From a virus (lineage: Duplodnaviria > Caudoviricetes), in the IMG/VR virus record IMGVR_UViG_3300042291_000844, positions 160,001 to 224,000 of that record: DNA of 64,000 nucleotides. One strand, written 5' to 3'. Position numbers and translations under genes: made by a program. Shown one piece after another: positions 8,970 through 18,666 of the stretch; position 1 is the first letter of the stretch; each line of letters opens with the position of its first letter. The notes beneath the pieces are model-generated. The model saw nothing but the letters and a program-made list of their open reading frames with translations, searched no databases and was not told where the DNA came from.

Positions 8970-9123
8970 TTTCTTTTTTTATTTCGTTATCAAATATTCC
9001 AAATAAATCATCACCCGTATAATCTGGGTGATTCTCTTTCATATAGTCTATACCAACTACCCATCTCCAAGAGATAAATCCGATAATCACTATCATTATA
9101 CCAACCACACCTAAGTACCCCAT
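8956..9123 (-). CDS. Small membrane protein (55 aa, not in track)
   Basis: Manual translation MGYLGVVGIMIVIIGFISWRWVVGIDYMKENHPDY... Confidence 0.6.
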   Translation of the reverse strand: MGYLGVVGIMIVIIGFISWRWVVGIDYMKENHPDYTGDDLFGIFDNEIKKENEND

Positions 9124-9659
9124 ATTATGTTTGTTTTCTTTTTATAATTTTCAATTACTATATCTTCTTGAGTTTTTAATCTTCCGTATCCACGAATCAT
9201 TTGTTTGTAACGAGGTTCATCTATACTACTAATCTTTACACCTTCGTATTTATTTGCAGCATGTATAAAATAACTATTACCAATATATGTACCAGTATGC
9301 CAACCCGATGGAGATGCTTTACTTCTAAAAAATATCAAATCTCCTATAACCAAACTATCTTTTTTTATTCTTTGAGTTTGTGCCCATTGTTTATACGCTA
9401 CTTCTGCTAATGTTTTATTATAAACATCTTTATATAAACGTTTGTTGAATTGTGAGCAATCGATTCCTCTTTCACTATTCCCTCCCAACTTATATGGTTT
9501 ACCTATCCAATATAACATAAACTTATTTAATAAGGAATCTGATGTTAGAATTTCATCACTAATAGCAGGTTTAGTAAAATCAGTATATTTGTTTTTTACT
9601 TGTGACATTGAGGTCATACCCAGCACGACCAAAATGGATGTAATTATAAGTTGTTTCAT
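9111..9659 (-). CDS. NlpC/P60 (C40) peptidoglycan endopeptidase with signal peptide
   Basis: GKPYKLGG...GIDCS, GDLIFF, HTGTYIG, FIHA motifs; hydrophobic N-terminus. Confidence 0.92.
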   Translation of the reverse strand: MKQLIITSILVVLGMTSMSQVKNKYTDFTKPAISDEILTSDSLLNKFMLYWIGKPYKLGGNSERGIDCSQFNKRLYKDVYNKTLAEVAYKQWAQTQRIKKDSLVIGDLIFFRSKASPSGWHTGTYIGNSYFIHAANKYEGVKISSIDEPRYKQMIRGYGRLKTQEDIVIENYKKKTNIIWGT

Positions 9660-9663
9660 TTTA

Positions 9664-10308
9664 TCAATCCCACCATGTTCTCATATCTGAACCATCAGAC
9701 CATTTCCATTGTGCCTCAAATTTTCCTTCAGTATTTAATTTAGTATAATCTTCAGTTTTAATATAATCTTTCCAATGTTCATCCGTCTGAAGTCCACTAA
9801 TGATTGCCCATATTTCTACCCATTCGGTTTTCTCTAATTTTCGAGCATGGGCAAAAACCTTTTTCATATGTTTTTTTTCTGCTGGGGTATCGTTATCTAC
9901 TAATCGATGCGAATCAGTTCCTTCTATATCCTCCCACTCAAATGGTTTCCATGCGATTTCGCCTAATACCTTTTGTGCCCTTTCTATATAATCATCATCT
10001 AATTTATGCTTAAGTAATTCTAATACCCTACGAAGATTTTTTAATTTCTTATCTCTACTTTCAGGTACTTCCATTCCATCTTTAGACAATCCCTTTTCTA
10101 AAATAGTTAGGGAACGATATAATATTTCTAAGGTATATCGATAATCCCACCATTGGTGTGAATATAATTCTTTACGGAAACGCCATATATTCTTAAAGAA
10201 CAATGGAATATCAATAGTAATAGTTTCCCATACTTTCCAAAGTTTAGTATCATACCAAACCATTTTTTCTACACTCTCAAAGAATGAGTCTTTAAATTCT
10301 ACTTTCAT
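9664..10308 (-). CDS. Hypothetical phage protein
   Basis: 214 aa, Trp-rich, ends ..MRTWWD. Confidence 0.75.
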   Translation of the reverse strand: MKVEFKDSFFESVEKMVWYDTKLWKVWETITIDIPLFFKNIWRFRKELYSHQWWDYRYTLEILYRSLTILEKGLSKDGMEVPESRDKKLKNLRRVLELLKHKLDDDYIERAQKVLGEIAWKPFEWEDIEGTDSHRLVDNDTPAEKKHMKKVFAHARKLEKTEWVEIWAIISGLQTDEHWKDYIKTEDYTKLNTEGKFEAQWKWSDGSDMRTWWD

Positions 10309-10323
10309 AATATTAATAGGTGG

Positions 10324-10500
10324 TTATCTTCCATACCCCATAGATTCGGCGTATTTTGCTAATTGGATGCGTTCAATTAAATTCCGTTTTTCCGGTGTAT
10401 CTGCAAACCACATACTTGAAACTCTATATTTCTTAGCCCAATGATTAAATTCTAACTTAGATACGTTAATTGTTGATTGTGTTTTTGCGTGTGTTTTCAT
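10324..10500 (-). CDS. Hypothetical protein (58 aa, not in track)
   Basis: MKTHAKTQSTINVSK..., directly downstream of a promoter. Confidence 0.6.
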   Translation of the reverse strand: MKTHAKTQSTINVSKLEFNHWAKKYRVSSMWFADTPEKRNLIERIQLAKYAESMGYGR

Positions 10501-10522
10501 TTTTTATCTTATTGTTTATACT

Positions 10523-10554
10523 CAAATATACGAATAAAAATCGGTATTTCCAAA
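10523..10554 (-). promoter_or_regulatory. Bacteroidota sigma70-type promoter
   Basis: TTTG-N20-TATATTTG (perfect consensus). Confidence 0.85.
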
Positions 10555-10580
10555 TTTAAAATTAACTGATTGATTATCAA

Positions 10581-10967
10581 TTACTTAATGAATCCATGAG
10601 GAGTAGGTTTACCATCCTTATCCACTACTACGAATACTATCTTGTCTACCTTAACAATTGTTTGTTGTGTGTTCTTATTACGAACCTCACATGCAAAGGT
10701 GATTGAGGTTGTACCAAAACCTATTAACCCACACCCGATTTCGATTATATCACCCTGTTTAGCAGTATTAACAAAATCAATTTCTGATATAATTTTTGTT
10801 ACTATACTATTAGTATGTGGTGTATTTGCTGAGGTTGTTAATTGACATATAGCAAAGATTGCTGCTTCCTCATCTATCCACTTTAATAACTGACCACCGA
10901 ATAAAGTACCCCTTGCGTTTAGGTCTACTGGTTTAATTAATTTTCTAGTTTTATATTTTATTTCCAT
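10581..10967 (-). CDS. Acyl-CoA thioesterase (HotDog fold, YciA-like)
   Basis: PVDLNARGTLFGGQLLKWIDE motif. Confidence 0.9.
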   Translation of the reverse strand: MEIKYKTRKLIKPVDLNARGTLFGGQLLKWIDEEAAIFAICQLTTSANTPHTNSIVTKIISEIDFVNTAKQGDIIEIGCGLIGFGTTSITFACEVRNKNTQQTIVKVDKIVFVVVDKDGKPTPHGFIK

Positions 10968-10968
10968 A

Positions 10969-11583
10969 TTATTCAGAACCGCCTAATTCAAATTCGGCTT
11001 CGTTTTGTTTTACACTTTTTGGTTTTCTTTTTTTAGAAATGACTGGGGTGTGTTCCCTTGCATAATCAGTTTGTGTTTTTGGTTTAGTACCAATTGAACC
11101 CATAATCTCATTAGAGATAGTTTCAGTATTAATTCGGATATCCTCTCTTGCAATATCTGCCATCTTTTGTTTACCCTCATTGGATACTCTACTTAATGGA
11201 ATTTGTGCTAGTGGGTCATTATCGTTGCCAAAGTTTGTATTGATTGTAGTTATCTTTGTGGTCTTCACTGGTATTGATTGGTCTGGTTCAGGAAACCCAT
11301 CCTTACTCCACTTATCTGCCAACTCTTTTAATAAATCAGTATTAGTAGTATCTGCAGATTTTGGTATTCCAATTCCTGCTAATTTTTTAAATGCATCCTT
11401 ATCAACAAACACATCTTCGTTTTTTGTTGGTGTTTGTTTTTTAAACAAATCACTAAACTTCTTTTCTGGTCGTAGAGTTGTCCAACTACCATCTTCATTT
11501 TCCCTCATAAGAGGTGAGGCCCAACCTGAGTATCCCATCCATAATACAAATACGATACCTGCGATAATACATAATGTTATCAT
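10969..11583 (-). CDS. Membrane-anchored hypothetical protein
   Basis: N-terminal TM followed by polar low-complexity body. Confidence 0.7.
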   Translation of the reverse strand: MITLCIIAGIVFVLWMGYSGWASPLMRENEDGSWTTLRPEKKFSDLFKKQTPTKNEDVFVDKDAFKKLAGIGIPKSADTTNTDLLKELADKWSKDGFPEPDQSIPVKTTKITTINTNFGNDNDPLAQIPLSRVSNEGKQKMADIAREDIRINTETISNEIMGSIGTKPKTQTDYAREHTPVISKKRKPKSVKQNEAEFELGGSE

Positions 11584-11598
11584 AACTTTCTTTTTTTT

Positions 11599-12021
11599 TT
11601 AAATTATATGTTCAATTTTAACTCTGATACAAGTTTGTGGTAATCTACAATTTTTTAAATAGTTGTTTACATACCCCATAATATTTGCAGAACCAATTGG
11701 ATTGGCTGAATGGGTGTATATTTGTGGTAATGGTATTTTACTATTCATACTTTCAGCCACCAACCATTTAGCACAATCTAATCCAGTTTTTTCCAATATG
11801 TTATTGTAATCCAATTGGTAATTAGGTGATACATTATTAAAATATTCCTTTTGTGCTGTATCTCCTAAATCGTGGTCTAAACTGATTACTTCATATTTAT
11901 CTAATCCATTTAATCTGATGTGTGATACCAACTCATCATAATTTCTTACTACATGCCAATCATCACTATTTGGTGTTCTTATATCATCCAAATATAATTG
12001 TATTTTATTAGTTATCATCAT
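11599..12021 (-). CDS. Cyclic-phosphate-processing receiver (cREC) domain protein
   Basis: LYLDDIRTP, ISLDHDLG, TGLDCAKWL, HSANP motifs. Confidence 0.8.
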   Translation of the reverse strand: MMITNKIQLYLDDIRTPNSDDWHVVRNYDELVSHIRLNGLDKYEVISLDHDLGDTAQKEYFNNVSPNYQLDYNNILEKTGLDCAKWLVAESMNSKIPLPQIYTHSANPIGSANIMGYVNNYLKNCRLPQTCIRVKIEHII

Positions 12022-12778
12022 CTATAAAATCTATTTCTCTTGTTGTAAAATTGTAATCAAATGTTATTGGATTGTTAATGGGGTCATATGTTAAATCACA
12101 AGTAGACCCATTAAACGTATACCCCCAATTGGTTTCTTTATATCCATACCCTTCGTGGATATGACCTGCAAAGTGTAAGTGAGGGGATACTTCATTTAAT
12201 CTATAATACAATTCATTACAACCTACACTTTCATTGGTTCTATATGTTCTATCACAATATCCATAAATTGGACTATGTGTAATAACAATATCAATATCAT
12301 TGGGTATACCATCCCATACTTTATTTATTTCATGTCCTCTGTCTTTATTGAACCCCCAACCATAACCAAATGTAGGACTGATGGGTGAACCCCATATCTT
12401 AATATCATCTAACATTACAAAGCTATTCTCTAAATAGAATACGTTTGGATTTAATCCAGATATAAGTAAATTATCTAACCACTCTGGCTTACCTTCAGCA
12501 CATTCGGTATCATATTCAGTTCTACCTTCAAAGTGTGCCAATTTATCTCTCAATAATTGTTCTCTATCAAATGTCATATCGTGGTTACCGGCAATAAAGA
12601 TTTTATTAGTATAGTTGTCTATACCATTAAACCATTTAACAAATCTTACAACCTCATCTTTTCTACCTAATGACGTAATGTCTCCACTATGAATTAATAA
12701 GTCACCACCGGGTAATTTACCATTCAGTTGATTGTGTTTGTTGTGTGTGTCACTAATGTGTGTTATTCTCATCTTCAT
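12008..12778 (-). CDS. Calcineurin-like metallophosphoesterase
   Basis: DTH, GD, GNHD, THSP, GHIHE motifs. Confidence 0.92.
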   Translation of the reverse strand: MKMRITHISDTHNKHNQLNGKLPGGDLLIHSGDITSLGRKDEVVRFVKWFNGIDNYTNKIFIAGNHDMTFDREQLLRDKLAHFEGRTEYDTECAEGKPEWLDNLLISGLNPNVFYLENSFVMLDDIKIWGSPISPTFGYGWGFNKDRGHEINKVWDGIPNDIDIVITHSPIYGYCDRTYRTNESVGCNELYYRLNEVSPHLHFAGHIHEGYGYKETNWGYTFNGSTCDLTYDPINNPITFDYNFTTREIDFIDDDN

Positions 12779-13031
12779 AACTATCTTCTTTATTTCCTAC
12801 TAATTGATACGCATCCCATAATTGTCCTACTGCATATTCTATTTGAAACTTTATATCTTTATCTGATTGTGTTAATGGGTGGTCTATACAATGGTCATTA
12901 AGTGTACACATTACAATATGTAATCTATCCATTAATTCAAGGTAATGACCTTTATTTATCGAATTCTTTTTTTGTTTCTTTGATGACATCTGATACTGAT
13001 TTAGTCGGGTTGGCCTGTGCGTTTCTAGCAA
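12753..13031 (-). CDS. Hypothetical protein
   Basis: ORF; true start probably MSSKKQ. Confidence 0.6.
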   Translation of the reverse strand: MLETHRPTRLNQYQMSSKKQKKNSINKGHYLELMDRLHIVMCTLNDHCIDHPLTQSDKDIKFQIEYAVGQLWDAYQLVGNKEDSYEDENNTH

Positions 13032-13123
13032 CTCTAATAATGAATTCTGCCAGTAGATGTTTCTTATCTATTTTTTTAATTAGGTCGATAAGGGTTTCTA
13101 AGTCTTCGTAAAACTTTCCCATA

Positions 13124-13528
13124 TTATTTTATTATAAATCTCTTATATTGTTTCTCAGCCCTCTTAGATGCTAATTCATATGGATGAGTTTTATAAGTAT
13201 GACCCATCTTATAATATCGTGTCATCCATTTAGGTGATTGTAGGTAATGTTGATATTCATGTAATAAAGTTTTTATAAAATCGATTTTTGAATCTATATT
13301 ATCAACAACTAATACAATGATATTAGGTTCGGGGTCAAACCACCCTTCCATATTTTTAATATCCTTTTTTTTCAAAGGACCATCTGCAAACTCTTGTTTA
13401 ATTATATTTTTTGATTTAATAAATTGAAGTTTAGGAGTACGGGTATAATGACTACTTTTACCATATCGTTTTTTAATCAACTCAAAACTGCTCTTTACCT
13501 CTTTTATTAATTTTTTAGTTTTACCCAT
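13124..13528 (-). CDS. Putative Zn metallopeptidase (HExxH)
   Basis: TLLHEYQH followed by HPYELAS (third ligand Glu). Confidence 0.7.
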   Translation of the reverse strand: MGKTKKLIKEVKSSFELIKKRYGKSSHYTRTPKLQFIKSKNIIKQEFADGPLKKKDIKNMEGWFDPEPNIIVLVVDNIDSKIDFIKTLLHEYQHYLQSPKWMTRYYKMGHTYKTHPYELASKRAEKQYKRFIIK

Positions 13529-13546
13529 ATTGATTTACTTTATAAG

Positions 13547-13578
13547 TAAAGATACGAAATAACTTTGGTAATACCAAA
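13547..13578 (-). promoter_or_regulatory. Bacteroidota sigma70-type promoter
   Basis: TTTG-N20-TATCTTTA. Confidence 0.75.
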
Positions 13579-13582
13579 TTTA

Positions 13583-13807
13583 TTATAGTATATTATTTTT
13601 TTTAGTTATATGTTTAACAAACCACCATAAATGTATCAACATTATTAAACAATTTACTAATATGATTGGGGTATCCCATTGTATAATGCCGTATAGTATC
13701 CATAGTATACAGCCAAATGTATTAGTAACACGCAATCGAAACATATCCGTAATCAGAAACGAAGCCATTGTTACCAACGTTGCAAGGTATCCTAATAGAT
13801 TTACCAT
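13583..13807 (-). CDS. YgjV-like 3-TM membrane protein
   Basis: GYLAT...SF...RLRVTN..GC.LW..YG pattern. Confidence 0.65.
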   Translation of the reverse strand: MVNLLGYLATLVTMASFLITDMFRLRVTNTFGCILWILYGIIQWDTPIILVNCLIMLIHLWWFVKHITKKNNIL

Positions 13808-14031
13808 GTTATAAGTTCTTCGTTTTTAACTTCCTTATAATACTGAGTCCTTAAATCATTTAATACTTCCTGCTGTGATACATTATATTTCCCATAGGTA
13901 AGAATATACTTTAAAATATCAGTTGAATCAGTAATATTTATTTTTGGACTACTTGTAGTTGGTAACCATCCCAATAGTATTAATAATCCTTTTGTTTGTT
14001 CTGCTGTTAATTTAAACAATTTTTCTTTCAT
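13801..14031 (-). CDS. Hypothetical protein
   Basis: 76 aa ORF. Confidence 0.65.
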   Translation of the reverse strand: MKEKLFKLTAEQTKGLLILLGWLPTTSSPKINITDSTDILKYILTYGKYNVSQQEVLNDLRTQYYKEVKNEELITW

Positions 14032-14032
14032 A

Positions 14033-14533
14033 TTAATATTTTATTTGTTGCCATTCATTGTTTATAAACTTCCAATGTTGTATGTGATTAATCCCCACTT
14101 CAAATGGTATACTGATAAAGGATGCTTGAATATCGGTATAACCTTTTTTCTTTAATCCTTCCCACACTACTCTATTGTTCTTATAGTGTTCTATTATTCG
14201 ATATGGATACCACAATAACTCAGTTGTAGAGTTATCACTAAATTGAATATAATCTACTTTCCAATCTCCGTAATCGCCGGTATCATTCCAATAACGTAAC
14301 TTACGTGCAGGTAATCTAAATATACCCTCTGATTTAAATTGTTCGTAGTGGTTGTATTTATTCATCTCAACATCACATCCTCTTTTATATTGTGGAGCGA
14401 TTAAATCTAAATCCCAATATCCACCATACTCAATACCATACCAACCCCTATCTTCTAAAAACGCCTTAGCAACAATCCTATCGTATGTATCATCGTGATT
14501 TAGTGCTGCGGGTTTGGTTACTACATTATTCAT
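14033..14533 (-). CDS. Hypothetical protein (possible PD-(D/E)xK fold)
   Basis: DLDL...DVEM acidic spacing; weak. Confidence 0.35.
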   Translation of the reverse strand: MNNVVTKPAALNHDDTYDRIVAKAFLEDRGWYGIEYGGYWDLDLIAPQYKRGCDVEMNKYNHYEQFKSEGIFRLPARKLRYWNDTGDYGDWKVDYIQFSDNSTTELLWYPYRIIEHYKNNRVVWEGLKKKGYTDIQASFISIPFEVGINHIQHWKFINNEWQQIKY

Positions 14534-14877
14534 TAGTTAAGATTTATACTTGATTCGAATTTACTCCTTTCAATTGGTTCATATGAATAGGGGGATTCCT
14601 TAATTTGTTTAATCATTTTATACAATACCGCACATTCCTCATACCACTCCACCTCCGTTGCCCATTCTAACATTTCAGTTATATCTGATATCTTTTCATC
14701 CATTGATATTGAGGTATCAGACATCAACTCAGTTCGGAATCTCACATCCATTAACATATGGATAGAATGTTCAAATAATTTATCGCGTAGGGAATTAAGA
14801 GCTTCAAAGTTTTTATCTCCGGTTACCCATTCATTACTTTCGTGTTCATCTGAATTAAACATATCATCCCAAGCCAT
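14533..14877 (-). CDS. Hypothetical protein with UVR-like helical motif
   Basis: LEWATEVEWYEECAVLYKMI. Confidence 0.45.
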   Translation of the reverse strand: MAWDDMFNSDEHESNEWVTGDKNFEALNSLRDKLFEHSIHMLMDVRFRTELMSDTSISMDEKISDITEMLEWATEVEWYEECAVLYKMIKQIKESPYSYEPIERSKFESSINLN

Positions 14878-14880
14878 AAT

Positions 14881-15582
14881 CTATTGTGTTTTAAGTTTCT
14901 TTTTATATTTCTTTGCTGCCTTTATTAATTCCTTATTTAGTGGTTGTGTTTCTACCGAAACCATTACTACTGCACTGCTATCTAATGCGGATAATTTTTC
15001 CTCAAATTCATCAGCCATACCTTCGTAATCATATACCCTATTACCCACATCATCAGTATAAAAGTTTACAGGGACCGTAAAGAATACAGCACCGGTATCT
15101 TGTTTATATGGGTTACCATCAAACCCACCATCAATGGAATCTATATCAAATCCCTCTTCGTGTGCATTATGTTCTGCAATTGCAGCATCTACTGAATCCT
15201 CAGTATACTCGCGTGTCTGCCATTCATCATCATATAATCCCAACTGCTCATCATATTCCATCATTTCTGTCAGACGGGTTCTAACTGATTCCTTTACATC
15301 GCTATGAAAGACAGCGTTTGCAACCTCATCATCTTGCCATTCGGTTAACTTTTCTTTTAACTCTTCGTTATCAGTTTCCCTATACTCATCTGCTCTATCT
15401 AATACCCAATTCTTAAATGATGTTTGATGATATCCTAATCCTACAATGAGGGTTTGGAACGCATCCATCAATTCATCTAAATCAGTATCGCTATGGTCTA
15501 TCTCAACCGATACCTTTGTACCATATTGTTGAGCCGTAATGATTGTGGGCTTTATAAAGTCCGTTATACTTTTGTTATTCAT
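14881..15582 (-). CDS. Acidic hypothetical protein
   Basis: 233 aa, D/E-rich. Confidence 0.7.
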   Translation of the reverse strand: MNNKSITDFIKPTIITAQQYGTKVSVEIDHSDTDLDELMDAFQTLIVGLGYHQTSFKNWVLDRADEYRETDNEELKEKLTEWQDDEVANAVFHSDVKESVRTRLTEMMEYDEQLGLYDDEWQTREYTEDSVDAAIAEHNAHEEGFDIDSIDGGFDGNPYKQDTGAVFFTVPVNFYTDDVGNRVYDYEGMADEFEEKLSALDSSAVVMVSVETQPLNKELIKAAKKYKKKLKTQ

Positions 15583-15729
15583 ATTATTTGTTTTTAATTG
15601 TTTTCATCTAAATCCCAATCGGCCTCGTTGTTATCCCCAATGGTGTTACCCATCTTTACCATCATATAGGTAAATCCTATAACTCCACTAAACCATACTA
15701 CCATTATTATTATTTCCGTTTCCATCTTC

Positions 15730-16344
15730 TTATATTGTTGAACAGTAATTTACTCTCCATAACCCATCAGACCCCTTTACTAAATATCTCCCACATCTCC
15801 TTTTAGCATCTTGTCGCTTCAAATTATGTAGGTGATGTATAAATGAACCTCCCCTTTCTTTGTCGCTAAAACCTCTTATTTTCAATTGATAGTAGTTCTG
15901 CATATCAGTAAATCGAACCCCATTCCCCAATACACCACCAGAGTTGCATTCCACAAAGTCCAGTAGCTCTTGTGCCACCCATCCCCATTCGCCCTTCACT
16001 AGTTTCTCACCACCAGTTATCCGATAGTAATCCGACCTTACCCTATTAAGGAAGTCCGAATAAGTGTTCCAATACTTACCGGCAGTGATTATCATATCTA
16101 ATTCACGCCAGATAACGAAACGGTCTTCAGTCGTGTATCGGGTATTCATCATAACCCAATCACGAAGCCTTAATAGACCCGTAGTATATTCCGGTGTCAG
16201 TTCAGCATATGATATGTAGTAGGGTTCTATACTCGCTAACTCCTCTCTCGTACTCCGTGCTGGGGTATAGGTAGGTGTAGGGTATTGTAGTGTACTACTT
16301 AGTATACTATGTAGTGTAGGAGTATTAAGGCTTGTAGGGTTCAT
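15730..16344 (-). CDS. Hypothetical protein (possible C-terminal winged helix)
   Basis: 204 aa; RFTDMQ...YLVKGSDGLWRV. Confidence 0.5.
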   Translation of the reverse strand: MNPTSLNTPTLHSILSSTLQYPTPTYTPARSTREELASIEPYYISYAELTPEYTTGLLRLRDWVMMNTRYTTEDRFVIWRELDMIITAGKYWNTYSDFLNRVRSDYYRITGGEKLVKGEWGWVAQELLDFVECNSGGVLGNGVRFTDMQNYYQLKIRGFSDKERGGSFIHHLHNLKRQDAKRRCGRYLVKGSDGLWRVNYCSTI

Positions 16345-16358
16345 ATACGCAACGTCGT

Positions 16359-16535
16359 TTAAGGTTTAAATGTTTTTCTTCTTTGTTCTTCGAACCACTT
16401 ATGTAGTTCTTCGTTTCTCTTACGCGGGAATCTTTTATCCTCTTCGGGAAAGTACTTCTCCCATAGAACCAATGCCCACATAATAATGCCAAAGGATACT
16501 AAGGTTATACCTGTTAGTAAATCTGCACGTTCCAT
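16359..16535 (-). CDS. Small membrane protein (58 aa, not in track)
   Basis: MERADLLTGITLVSFGIIMWALVLWEK... Confidence 0.55.
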   Translation of the reverse strand: MERADLLTGITLVSFGIIMWALVLWEKYFPEEDKRFPRKRNEELHKWFEEQRRKTFKP

Positions 16536-17386
16536 TATTCTAAAATGTTTATATTGGTTAACAATGGTTTTAGGTGGAGGTTTTCTTTAAGGTAATCCAT
16601 ATGAATATAGTAGTGTTCAAATTGAACGGCCTTTATATCACTTGAAAAGGGTGAACCTTCATATACCCATTCTTTATATGGACTCTTATATAATTGTCCT
16701 GCATAAGGATTAAACTTTAATAACCCACTATTAGATATCTTTAAATAATCTAAATAAGGATTTTTTATTTTTAAATAAGGTTGGTCATTAAATAACATCG
16801 GTGCGTGATAAATCTCATTTGATTCAAAGTTTATCAAGTTAATTTTATATTTTTTGTTTTCCTTAAAGTATTGTTTGATTATATCTAACTCACATCCTTC
16901 AGTATCTATTGATACCCAATCAATTACCTCCGGTGTTTTGTACTTATCGAATAGAGAACATAGTGTAAGTGTATTAACATCAAACTCACCTACTACCTCC
17001 GACATCCTTGCATCGTTTATCGAACTCTTTAATCCTGAATATGATGGTATCTCCCTACATTCAAATACTGCAGTTCCGTTTGAATCTGATATTGCTTCGG
17101 TACTGATATTACAATTTCTATGTAACTTCAATTCTTCTTTCCAAGTAGGATTTGGTTCTACTACAATACCATTCCACCCCAATGTTCTTTCAAATAAAAA
17201 TGATTGAGACATTCTAATTCCATCCAAAGCACCTACCTCTACAAAATAACCATTTCGTTTATTTCCAAATACCACATCTTTATAAAAGATATCGTTATAC
17301 AAATCATGATAAAATGGTTCGTATATATACTCACCTAATTCGGTATGAGTTTGTCGGTTACTATCTATATCTGATGCGTGTTCCAT
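16535..17386 (-). CDS. FkbM-family SAM methyltransferase
   Basis: YFVEVGALDG, GWNGIVVEPNP, SIDTEGCE motifs; start moved to MEHASD. Confidence 0.9.
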   Translation of the reverse strand: MEHASDIDSNRQTHTELGEYIYEPFYHDLYNDIFYKDVVFGNKRNGYFVEVGALDGIRMSQSFLFERTLGWNGIVVEPNPTWKEELKLHRNCNISTEAISDSNGTAVFECREIPSYSGLKSSINDARMSEVVGEFDVNTLTLCSLFDKYKTPEVIDWVSIDTEGCELDIIKQYFKENKKYKINLINFESNEIYHAPMLFNDQPYLKIKNPYLDYLKISNSGLLKFNPYAGQLYKSPYKEWVYEGSPFSSDIKAVQFEHYYIHMDYLKENLHLKPLLTNINILE

Positions 17387-17580
17387 TATTTCTTTTTTGG
17401 GTTTGGTTTGGTCACATCCCTTAACATCTCCCAATCTTCTTTGGATATGGGTTTAGCAAGGAATATAGATTGTCGTATAAATGGGGATTGTGCTATGTGC
17501 ATGAAATCTGACCTCTTCCTTTCAAATACTTCAACGAACTCATCATACGTCTTTGTTCCTGTTATAATATCTATTGACAT
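17386..17580 (-). CDS. Hypothetical protein
   Basis: 64 aa, directly after a promoter. Confidence 0.7.
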   Translation of the reverse strand: MSIDIITGTKTYDEFVEVFERKRSDFMHIAQSPFIRQSIFLAKPISKEDWEMLRDVTKPNPKKK

Positions 17581-17593
17581 GGTGGTTATTATT

Positions 17594-17634
17594 TAAAGCT
17601 AAGATACGAATAAAAATCCGTATTTCCAAATTTA
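17594..17634 (-). promoter_or_regulatory. Promoter cassette, identical over 41 bp to 23671..23711
   Basis: TTTG-N20-TATCTTAGCTTT. Confidence 0.85.
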
Positions 17635-17636
17635 TT

Positions 17637-17993
17637 TTAAGTTTTTAAGTAGTTCTCCTCTATCAGATGCTTAAAGTAATCCTCTATGGACTTCATAAAC
17701 TCATTAGGGGTTTTCATATTTTTAGGACTAAACCCAAATGTTGGATAGGTGAATGGTGGAAATACTGCATTAGGGCCGGAGGTATCATCCATCAATTGTA
17801 AGGTATAGAATTCACCAACGAAATTATGTTCTAATACCCTATTTAATACCAACCTCATATAATGGTTATAGGTATCCGATTTAATGGCCATATGATAGGA
17901 TTCCGGTATGGGGGTAGTAACCCTAGTGATATGATAATCAGTCCCTATTATATGGGTGTTATTAATTTTTTCTATGTTTCGTATTGTTAACAT
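17637..17993 (-). CDS. Hypothetical protein
   Basis: 118 aa ORF. Confidence 0.65.
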   Translation of the reverse strand: MLTIRNIEKINNTHIIGTDYHITRVTTPIPESYHMAIKSDTYNHYMRLVLNRVLEHNFVGEFYTLQLMDDTSGPNAVFPPFTYPTFGFSPKNMKTPNEFMKSIEDYFKHLIEENYLKT

Positions 17994-18231
17994 ATTGTTT
18001 TATTTTATATACAACCATTACACTCAGTATTAGGATATTGAATGCGTAGTTAAAAAGGAGTGGCATATCTCTTAATGGTATAATGTATATAAACATAAAC
18101 ACTTCACCCAAATACCACATCATAAGGAATGGCCAACCTAAGTGGCATCTCCCATCTTTAATTGTTCTTATCATTTCAGGGAACGCACATACTCCTAAGA
18201 ATATTGCCCCTAAGTAACCCAGTATTTCCAT
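17962..18231 (-). CDS. PQ-loop/SemiSWEET-like 3-TM protein
   Basis: GYLGA...AFPEMIRTIK...PLLFNY pattern. Confidence 0.7.
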   Translation of the reverse strand: MEILGYLGAIFLGVCAFPEMIRTIKDGRCHLGWPFLMMWYLGEVFMFIYIIPLRDMPLLFNYAFNILILSVMVVYKIKQYVNNTKHRKN

Positions 18232-18252
18232 ATTATCGTTTTTGTAGTTTTT

Positions 18253-18666
18253 CTATTTCCTCATCCAGTGAGGTAGGCTGTTTATCATATTATATAGTTG
18301 TGCTGATATAGAGAATGCTGATGATATCGGCGATATCGGCATTGATAGGTTTTCTAAATCTATTAACCTCTCTACCAATAATTCCCAATTCTGTCTGAAC
18401 CCACTTATTGTCCGAATCGCATCGGTTTGGACTTGTATTTGAGTATGTAGTTTATTTTTAGGATTACCCAACCAGATGATATGCTCATGTGGATTTGGAT
18501 TATTAATATGTAAGGATAACTCCCACTTCGGTTTCTGTGGTAAGTTTAGATTCAATACATCTGCAAGGTATTCCGTTTCATACGCATTGTGTATTGGGTT
18601 AACTATACAATAACCTCTATATGTAATACCACTCAATTTCTCCCACCCTTTTATTTTTACTCCCAT
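18253..18666 (-). CDS. Hypothetical protein
   Basis: 137 aa ORF. Confidence 0.65.
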   Translation of the reverse strand: MGVKIKGWEKLSGITYRGYCIVNPIHNAYETEYLADVLNLNLPQKPKWELSLHINNPNPHEHIIWLGNPKNKLHTQIQVQTDAIRTISGFRQNWELLVERLIDLENLSMPISPISSAFSISAQLYNMINSLPHWMRK

